The notes beneath the pieces were generated by a model that saw only the letters and a list, made by a program, of their open reading frames with translations, was not told the DNA's origin and ran no database searches. A program made the position numbers and the translations under genes. Shown here piece by piece: positions 58,384 to 64,000 of a stretch of 64,000 bases of DNA. How positions within the stretch are numbered: position 1 is the stretch's first letter; every line of letters starts with the position of its first letter. Source of the DNA: an uncultured Candidatus Peribacteria bacterium (GTDB taxonomy: Bacteria > Patescibacteriota > Gracilibacteria > Peribacterales > Peribacteraceae); contig CAYRGC010000005.1 in assembly GCA_964423795.1 (NCBI GenBank), positions 316-64,315 of the forward strand. Direction: 5' to 3'.

Positions 58384-58450
58384 GGTAACCAGGTAACCAA
58401 GAAACCAGGTAACCAGGAAAAATCCTGGTTACCTGGTTACGGGTTGCTGG
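58384..58450. repeat. family-B periodic-arm hairpin (8-nt unit ggtaacca)
   Basis: The left arm is ggtaacca ggtaacca agaaacca ggtaacca gga. The loop is aaaa. The right arm is tcctggttacctggttacgggttgctgg. Confidence 0.8.
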
Positions 58451-58458
58451 GATGCTTT

Positions 58459-58836
58459 TTAGCGGCGCGACTTCTTCTTTCCCTTCACCTTGCTCACGCG
58501 CGATTTAGAGACGGCCTTCGCCTTCGGCGCGGGCATCGCCTTCTTCGCCTTCGCGGCGACGGCCTTGAGGTGGCGCGTGGAGGACGGCGACTTGCGCAGG
58601 AGCGCGAGCGCGTCGGTCGGCAGGGCCTTCAGGGACTGCCACACGTCCTCGCCGCCCATGTAGCGGTGGTCGGCGCGCTGGAGGAGCGTCTGGAACTCCT
58701 TCAGGGACGCGTGCGTCTCCCGGCGGATCACCGGATCCGTGAGATCGCTCTCGAGGAGCTTGATGAGGCGCGTCTGCACGGCGTACAGATTCTGGACGCG
58801 CTCGAGCGCACGATCGATCGAGGAAACGGGGTTCAT
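58459..58836 (-). CDS. hypothetical protein with a Lys/Ala-rich C-terminal tail
   Basis: The preferred start is MNPVSSIDRALERVQNLY (ATG 58836). The C-terminus is ..KAVAAKAKKAMPAPKAKAVSKSRVSKVKGKKKSRR. Confidence 0.5.
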   Translation of the reverse strand: MNPVSSIDRALERVQNLYAVQTRLIKLLESDLTDPVIRRETHASLKEFQTLLQRADHRYMGGEDVWQSLKALPTDALALLRKSPSSTRHLKAVAAKAKKAMPAPKAKAVSKSRVSKVKGKKKSRR

Positions 58837-59016
58837 ATGGATATGTATGTGAAGTACGTGCCTTATTCTAGCGAAAAACACGATGGAAGGAAAGTCGGAG
58901 GCAAAAGTAGGGAGTATTTGGCAGATGATATTTTGCCTAAAGGAAGCGGAAAAAGTGGGAATGAAATTTCCCATGCCAGATACAATCTACGCACCGTATT
59001 CTGCTACCCTACCAAC

Positions 59017-59841
59017 ATGAAGCTTGCACAAGCCATTCTCCCCGTCGCGGGCCTCGGCACGCGCTTCCTTCCGTGGACCAAGGCGGTACCGAAGGAGCTG
59101 CTGCCCATCGGGAATCAGCCGATCATCGCGCTGCTTGTGGACGAGTGCTTGAGCGTCGGCATTACCGACGTCTGTTTCGTCATCAACCGCGGCAAGGAGG
59201 CGATCCCCCAATACTTCTACGAGAACCCCGCGCTGAGCGCGGAGCTGGAGCGGAAGGGCAAGACGCACCTGCTCGAGGATCTCACGCGCTACGACTCGGT
59301 GAACTTCCACGTGACCTACCAGGAGCAGATGCTCGGCGACGGCCACGCGCTCCTGCAGGCGCGTCACTGGGTGAAGACGCCGGAGGTGGCCGTGCTCTTC
59401 GGCGACGACCTGATCGTAGGGAAGCGCAACGGTCTCCAGCAGCTGACGGCGGCGATGGACGCCACCAAGGGCGACCGCGACGCCGTGATGCTCTGCCTGC
59501 AGAAGATCGACCCCAAGCACACGGAGAAGTACGGCATCGTGGCGGTGGATAACTCTGCCGCGAAGGGCAACGTGCGCCGCGTGACGGGCCTGGTGGAAAA
59601 GCCGAAGCCCAAGGATGCGCCAAGCGACCTCGGGATCGTGGGGAAGTACGTCGTCCCCAAGATGATCTTCGACAAGCTCCATTTGATCGAGGAGGGCTCG
59701 CACGGCGGCGAGATCCGCCTGATCGACGCGCTCATCGCGAACAGGGACGCCGTCGACATCTTCGGCTGCGTCTTCGATGGCAAACGGTACGACACGGGCA
59801 CCCCCGAAGGCTACAAAGAAGCCGTCCTCGACCTTGGATAA
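59017..59841 (+). CDS. galU: UTP--glucose-1-phosphate uridylyltransferase
   Basis: ILPVAGLGTRFLPWTKAVPKELLPI.., GDGHALL, VEKPKP. The ATG at 59017 is preferred over the track start at 58444. Confidence 0.93.
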   Translation: MKLAQAILPVAGLGTRFLPWTKAVPKELLPIGNQPIIALLVDECLSVGITDVCFVINRGKEAIPQYFYENPALSAELERKGKTHLLEDLTRYDSVNFHVTYQEQMLGDGHALLQARHWVKTPEVAVLFGDDLIVGKRNGLQQLTAAMDATKGDRDAVMLCLQKIDPKHTEKYGIVAVDNSAAKGNVRRVTGLVEKPKPKDAPSDLGIVGKYVVPKMIFDKLHLIEEGSHGGEIRLIDALIANRDAVDIFGCVFDGKRYDTGTPEGYKEAVLDLG

Positions 59842-60082
59842 TCACTGAGTGTCACCCTGAGCGGAGTCGAGGGACGACACGGGCACGCCCGAGGGATAGA
59901 AGGAGGCGGTACTCGACCTTGGCTAAGTGTCACCCTGAGCGGAGTCGAAGGGCGACACCGGCACCCCTGAGGGGTACAAGGAGGCGGTACTCGACCTTGG
60001 CTAAGTGTCACCCTGAGCGGAGTCGAAGGGCGACACCGGCACCCCTGAGGGGTACAAGGAGGCGGTCCTCGACTTGGGCTGA
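59842..60082. repeat. three tandem units (85, 78, 78 nt), each a family-A hairpin plus a copy of the last 16 galU codons and a stop
   Basis: The units span 59842-59926, 59927-60004 and 60005-60082. Each contains gtgtcaccctgagcggagtcga(a/g)gg.gac followed by gac ac. ggc ac. cc. gag gg. ta. aag gag gcg gt. ctc gac .t. ggc t.a. Confidence 0.9.
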
Positions 60083-60105
60083 CGATTCGCCTACGCTCCC
60101 CGGCC

Positions 60106-60462
60106 ATGGCCGCGGAAGACCACATCGGCATCGTCGAGTTCGACTTGTTCCAGCGAGGCACGCGGCCGCGGGAACTCACGTATCTCGAGGCCGAGGCGCT
60201 CGAGGAAGAGATCGAAAACAGAAGGAGGGAGATCTATTCGCTCTTGGGCCGACTGATCTTCTGCCTGAGCGGCGCCGTGACGACGCGCGTCTCGAGCGAG
60301 GTGAATCCGCGCTTCCCTTACGTCCTCAGCGAGCGGATCAGGATCGCGATGGTCGGGGAAGGAAAAAAGGTGGAAGACGCGCATGAGGCCGTCGGCTCCT
60401 TCGTACAGGGGATCGTGCTTGAGATGCCGGAATGGGGGAAACAAGGCTCGTCGAGATTCTGA
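60106..60462 (+). CDS. hypothetical protein
   Basis: 118-aa ORF with protein-like composition (..ELTYLEAEALEEEIENRRREIYSLLGRL..). I recognise no family. Confidence 0.45.
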   Translation: MAAEDHIGIVEFDLFQRGTRPRELTYLEAEALEEEIENRRREIYSLLGRLIFCLSGAVTTRVSSEVNPRFPYVLSERIRIAMVGEGKKVEDAHEAVGSFVQGIVLEMPEWGKQGSSRF

Positions 60463-60465
60463 CGA

Positions 60466-60622
60466 TCACTTCGTCGTCAGTTCCCGTCTGAAGAGCTCCT
60501 CCTCGTCTGCGCTCGGGATGACAACGGTTATTTCGTCGTCAGCTCCCTCCTGAGTAATTCAATCTCATGGCGAAGATCGGCAGCCTTTTCGCCCTTCGAC
60601 AGGCTCAGGGTGACAGAAGGAG
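60466..60622. repeat. two reiterated copies of the uvrB 3' end interleaved with family-A hairpins
   Basis: On the minus strand, copy 2 (60528-60590) reads [20 protein letters not shown]. Copy 3 (60466-60510) reads ADEEELFRRELTTK*. The family-A motifs are cccttcgacaggctcagggtgac (60592-60614) and cctcgtctgcgctcgggatgac (60501-60522). Confidence 0.85.
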
Positions 60623-62653
60623 CTATTTCGTCGTGAGCTCCCTCCTCAAGAGCTCAATTTCGTCTCGCAGGTCAGCAGCCTTCTCAAATTCCAGGTTCTG
60701 CGCGGCGATCTCCATCTGCTTCTCGAGCTCTTCCATGAGGCGCTTACGCTCGTCGAGCGGGATCTTCGTGTGATCGCGCTTCGGGCGGCGGAGTTCCATC
60801 TTACGGCTCTCCTCGGCGATGTCGCGCACGGCCTTGATGATCGTCTTCGGCGTGATGCCGTGCTTTTTGTTGTACGCCTCCTGGATGCCGCGGCGGCGCT
60901 CCGTCTCCCCGATGGCGGCCTTCATGGCGTCGGTGATGCGGGGCTTCTTCGTGTCCGGGTCCGGCGAGGCGTAGAGCGTGACGTGGCCGTTGACGTTACG
61001 GGCGGCGCGGCCGATCGTCTGGATGAGGGCGTCGCGCGAGCGGAGAAAACCCTGCTTGTCGGCGTCGAGGATCGCGATGAAACTCACCTCGGGGAGATCG
61101 AGACCTTCGCGCAGGAGGTTGATGCCGACGAGGATGTCGATCTCGCCGGTACGGAGCTGCCGGAGGATCTCGATGCGCTCGAGCGTCTCCACGTCGCTGT
61201 GGAGGTAACGGACCTTCTTGCCCTGCTCCGTGAGGTACTTCGTGAGGTCCTCGGCCATCTTCTTCGTGAGCGTCGTGATGAGCACGCGCTCGCCGCGCTT
61301 GATCGTGGCCTCCACCTCGCCCGAGATGTCGTCGATCTGGTTCTTCGAGGGCTTCACGGTCACGACCGGATCGATGAGACCCGTCGGGCGGATGATCTGC
61401 TCCGCGAAAAACGCCTTCTGCGTGTTCTTGAACTCGTACGGGCCAGGCGTGGCCGAGACGTAGACGCGCTGCGGGCAGCGGTCCTCGAACTCGTCGAAAC
61501 GGAGCGGGCGGTTGTCGTGCGCGGAGGGCAGGCGGAAGCCGTAGTCGACGAGGGTGTTCTTGCGGCTGCGGTTGCCCTCGTGCATGCCGCCGATCTGCGG
61601 GATGGAGATGTGCGACTCGTCCACGACGAGCAGGAAGTCGTTCGGGAAGTAGTCGAGGAGCGTCGACGGGGGGCAGCCGGGAGCCTGGTTATTGAGGTAC
61701 CGCACGTAGTTCTCGATGCCGGTGCAATAACCCGTCTCGCGGAGCATCTCGATGTCGTACTCCGTGCGCATGCGGATGCGCTCGGCCTTGGCGTGTTCGC
61801 CGTGCGCTAGGAAGAACTTCTCCTGCTCCACCATCTCGGCCTTGATGCCGTCCACAGCCTGGTCGATCTTCTCCTTGGTGGTGACGTTGTGGGCGGCCGG
61901 GAAGATCATCACCTCCTGGAGCTCGTTCAAAAGTTCTCCGGTGAAGCTGTCGACCTCCTGGATCACGTCGATCTCGTCGAAGGGGACCTCGATGCGGATC
62001 ACCGTGTCGCCGCTCGGCGGGAAGATCTCCACGGTGTCGCCGAGCACGTGGACCATGCCCTGCTTGAAGTCCATGCCGGAGCGGCGGTACTGGATGTCCG
62101 TGAGGCGGCGGAGCAGCTGATCGCGCTTGATGGGCATCCCGCGCTTGAGCGTGATCGCCAGCGCCTCGTAATCCTCGACGTTGCCGAGACCGTAGATGCA
62201 GGAGACGGACGCGACGATGAGCACGTCCCGGCGCGTGAGCAGGTTGAATGTGGCGGCGTGGCGGAACTTCTCGATCTCCTCGTTGATGCTCGCGTCCTTC
62301 TCGATGTAGGTATCGGTCGTGGGGAGGTACGCCTCCGGCTGGTAGTAATCGTAGTAGGAGACGAAGTACGAAATGGCGTTCTCCGGGAAGAACTGCTGGA
62401 ACTCGTTGCAGAGCTGCGCGGCGAGCGTCTTATTGTGCGCGAGCACGAGCGTGGGGCGCTGCACCTGCTGCACGATGTTGGCGATCGTGAACGTCTTGCC
62501 CGTGCCCGTGGCGCCGAGGAGCGTCTGATGCTTCTCGCCGGCGTTCACGCCCTTCACGAGTTGCTCGATGGCCGCGGGCTGGTCGCCCATGGGCTGGAAC
62601 GGCGACACCAGCTTGAAGGGCTGGTTCTGCACGAGTTTGAGGGAGCTCGACAT
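60623..62653 (-). CDS. uvrB: excinuclease ABC subunit B
   Basis: Walker [18 protein letters not shown], helicase motifs, and the C-terminal UVR domain ..[17 protein letters not shown]. The ATG at 62653 (MSSSLKLV) is preferred and is preceded by TATGCT 9 nt upstream. Confidence 0.95.
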   Translation of the reverse strand: MSSSLKLVQNQPFKLVSPFQPMGDQPAAIEQLVKGVNAGEKHQTLLGATGTGKTFTIANIVQQVQRPTLVLAHNKTLAAQLCNEFQQFFPENAISYFVSYYDYYQPEAYLPTTDTYIEKDASINEEIEKFRHAATFNLLTRRDVLIVASVSCIYGLGNVEDYEALAITLKRGMPIKRDQLLRRLTDIQYRRSGMDFKQGMVHVLGDTVEIFPPSGDTVIRIEVPFDEIDVIQEVDSFTGELLNELQEVMIFPAAHNVTTKEKIDQAVDGIKAEMVEQEKFFLAHGEHAKAERIRMRTEYDIEMLRETGYCTGIENYVRYLNNQAPGCPPSTLLDYFPNDFLLVVDESHISIPQIGGMHEGNRSRKNTLVDYGFRLPSAHDNRPLRFDEFEDRCPQRVYVSATPGPYEFKNTQKAFFAEQIIRPTGLIDPVVTVKPSKNQIDDISGEVEATIKRGERVLITTLTKKMAEDLTKYLTEQGKKVRYLHSDVETLERIEILRQLRTGEIDILVGINLLREGLDLPEVSFIAILDADKQGFLRSRDALIQTIGRAARNVNGHVTLYASPDPDTKKPRITDAMKAAIGETERRRGIQEAYNKKHGITPKTIIKAVRDIAEESRKMELRRPKRDHTKIPLDERKRLMEELEKQMEIAAQNLEFEKAADLRDEIELLRRELTTK

Positions 62654-62725
62654 AAGATGCTGAGCATACCACAAGAAAGATCCGGATGGCAGGGGCGAAC
62701 ACCGAAAAGCGGGAAATTCCGCACA

Positions 62726-62759
62726 TAAAAAGTCCGGCGTAGCACGAGTGCCACGCCGG
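62726..62759 (-). terminator. rho-independent terminator candidate after the 41-aa ORF
   Basis: On the minus strand: CCGGCGT ggcactcgtgct ACGCCGG followed by ACTTTTTAT. Confidence 0.5.
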
Positions 62760-62779
62760 AAAGGTGATAATGGGCCGCC

Positions 62780-62905
62780 CTACTGGGGCGGCGTCGGTCG
62801 AACCAGTGCAAGCACTGGTTCGACCAGAAACCCGAGGATGAGGATCGCAAACGTTGCGATCCCCACCGTGAAACAGAGAGCTGCTTCGACGAGTGGATTT
62901 CTCAT
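62780..62905 (-). CDS. possible 41-aa hydrophobic peptide (below the track cutoff), built largely from palindromes
   Basis: Manual translation gives MRNPLVEAALCFTVGIATFAILILGFLVEPVLALVRPTPPQ*. AAAGGAGGTG lies 6 nt upstream of the ATG. The coding region contains a perfect 14-bp-arm palindrome, ggtcgaaccagtgc aa gcactggttcgacc, and also gatcgcaa acg ttgcgatc. It may therefore be structural RNA or DNA rather than a gene. Confidence 0.35.
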   Translation of the reverse strand: MRNPLVEAALCFTVGIATFAILILGFLVEPVLALVRPTPPQ

Positions 62906-63041
62906 TTTTTCACCTCCTTTCTGGTTCGAAAGAACCGTATCCATTCTATCATATTTCGTATTTTTTCGCCAGGGATTGAGGAAACCCGTCCTCAGCAGCG
63001 GACATCATTGACTCCCGCGGAAGACGCGCTTGAATTGCGGC

Positions 63042-63596
63042 ATGCGCGGCAAACAACTCACCACGCTCGAGGCGAACTACGAGGACGCTCGGAGCATCAT
63101 GGTTGCGCAGATAGCCGAAGATCTCGCGGGTTGCCCGCAGGTGCCGGAGGAGAAGCGGCGGCTTTTCGCGGATCCGGACGTGCCGAAAAGCCTCACGCAT
63201 AAAACGGGGTTCGTCTTCAGCGAGGAACACTATGCCGCGGAATTCCGCGTGCAATTGGGAGCGCTGATCATCATCGAGAGCACCATTCTCCCCGATGACA
63301 GCCTGGACGGAGCCGTCGCCGAGACGGGAGAGAACATCGACGGATACCTGACGCAGGCGCGTTCCCAGCAAATCATCGAGAGCCTTCCGCCGCTCTTCCG
63401 ATCCGCCTTCATCGAGATCCTTCGCGCAAGGACCCGCGAAACGATCGACGGGACCTTGGCTTCCTGCGAGGAGCAGAATCAGAACGGACAGACGCCCCCC
63501 TATAACCTCGCACGCTTGGAAAAAGGGTTGGAAAAAGCCCTCGATGGCTACTGCGCCGACATGCTGAGAGAGGGGGAGGCGGATGCGGGTGCATGA
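63042..63596 (+). CDS. hypothetical protein
   Basis: 184-aa acidic protein (the track start is a TTG at 63030; the ATG is at 63042). I recognise no family. Confidence 0.5.
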   Translation: MRGKQLTTLEANYEDARSIMVAQIAEDLAGCPQVPEEKRRLFADPDVPKSLTHKTGFVFSEEHYAAEFRVQLGALIIIESTILPDDSLDGAVAETGENIDGYLTQARSQQIIESLPPLFRSAFIEILRARTRETIDGTLASCEEQNQNGQTPPYNLARLEKGLEKALDGYCADMLREGEADAGA

Positions 63597-63623
63597 CGCC
63601 TCGGGTTGCGGTATTCTCCGAAT

Positions 63624-64000
63624 ATGATCGATTTGAATGACCTCCGGGAGCGGCCCGACGCCTACAAGAAGGCCGCGACGAAGAAGCGCATCAAGGTGGA
63701 TATCGACGCGTTCCTGAAGCTCGACGCCGAACGCCTGACCGTCCTCAAGGGCGTGCAGGAGATGCGCGAGAAGAAGAACGCCGTGAGCAAGGAGGTGCCG
63801 AAGATGAAAGGCGACGACAAGGCGAAGGCGATCGCGGACATGAAGATGCTCTCGGACGACCTGAAGAAGAAGGAAGAGGCCATGGCCACGCTCGAGGCCG
63901 AGTGGATGAAGCTCCAGCTCCTCGTCCCGAGCATCCCGCTCGACAAGGTGCCGGAAGGCAAGGACGACACTGAGAACGTGGAGATCCGCAAGCACGGCGA
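63624..64000 (+). CDS. serS: serine--tRNA ligase, N-terminal coiled-coil arm; truncated by the window end
   Basis: Absent from the track because there is no stop. Manual translation gives MIDLNDLRERPDAYKKAATKKRIKVDIDAFLKLDAERLTVLKGVQEMREKKNAVSKEV...LQLLVPSIPLDKVPEGKDDTENVEIRKHG, the typical SerS N-terminus. TATTCT lies 6 nt upstream of the ATG. Confidence 0.9.
   Translation, partial: MIDLNDLRERPDAYKKAATKKRIKVDIDAFLKLDAERLTVLKGVQEMREKKNAVSKEVPKMKGDDKAKAIADMKMLSDDLKKKEEAMATLEAEWMKLQLLVPSIPLDKVPEGKDDTENVEIRKHG

Noticed and set aside
59842-60082. Possible CRISPR array (regularly spaced ~78-nt repeats)
   Set aside because: There are no unique spacers: the whole unit repeats, and half of each unit is a copy of the galU 3' end. 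No cas genes are present in the window.

Overview
This is a GC-rich, densely packed bacterial chromosomal segment. I count about 55 credible protein genes and 2 tRNAs. I found no rRNA, CRISPR array, transposase, integrase or phage genes.

**Gene content**
- Housekeeping: rpoB (5' part), cysS, csrA, fbaB, rnpA-yidC, gatC-gatA, sodA, nnrD, dgt, topA, hup, jag/khpB, dnaJ, recJ, uvrB, serS (5' part).
- Polyamine cluster: a fold-type-III PLP decarboxylase, a deoxyhypusine-synthase-like enzyme, N-carbamoylputrescine amidase and agmatine deiminase.
- Envelope genes: a 1415-aa SLH-domain surface protein, a FemAB-family transferase, two M23 peptidases, a PBP5-type carboxypeptidase, FtsQ, a GT4 transferase, two GT-C-like membrane proteins, GalU and an SDR epimerase.
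- The genetic code is standard: TGA, TAA and TAG all terminate well-supported genes.
- Because of the high GC, most very long ORFs lying opposite real genes are antisense shadows.

**Repeat families (the unusual content is mostly non-coding)**
- Family A is a short hairpin, GTCAYCC-TGAGC..GTCGAAGG-RYGAC. It sits behind gene ends, interleaved with reiterated copies of the last 13-60 nt of the upstream gene (galU, uvrB, aguA, tRNA-Asp, tRNA-Trp). The protein-gene copies keep the amino-acid sequence and a stop codon, and the galU and uvrB copies differ from the gene mainly at synonymous sites.
- Family B is a set of long imperfect hairpins whose arms are tandem 7-9-nt units, with a different sequence at each locus. 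They occur at about a dozen gene boundaries and twice inside coding sequence. One encloses an AT-rich four-helix-bundle (23S-IVS/Avd-type) gene.
- Family C is a stop-codon-adjacent CCTCCAYCCC box followed by a CCCCTYCCTCC-NNN-GGAGGRAGGGG hairpin.

**Other observations**
- A multiply disrupted class-V aminotransferase pseudogene.
- An internally deleted ABC-exporter relic.
- A Lys/Ala/Pro-rich N-terminal extension on RpoB.
- Three ORFs under 60 aa that the track missed.
- Many -10 boxes placed 6-9 nt before start codons (leaderless-type).

The lineage cannot be assigned from this window alone.
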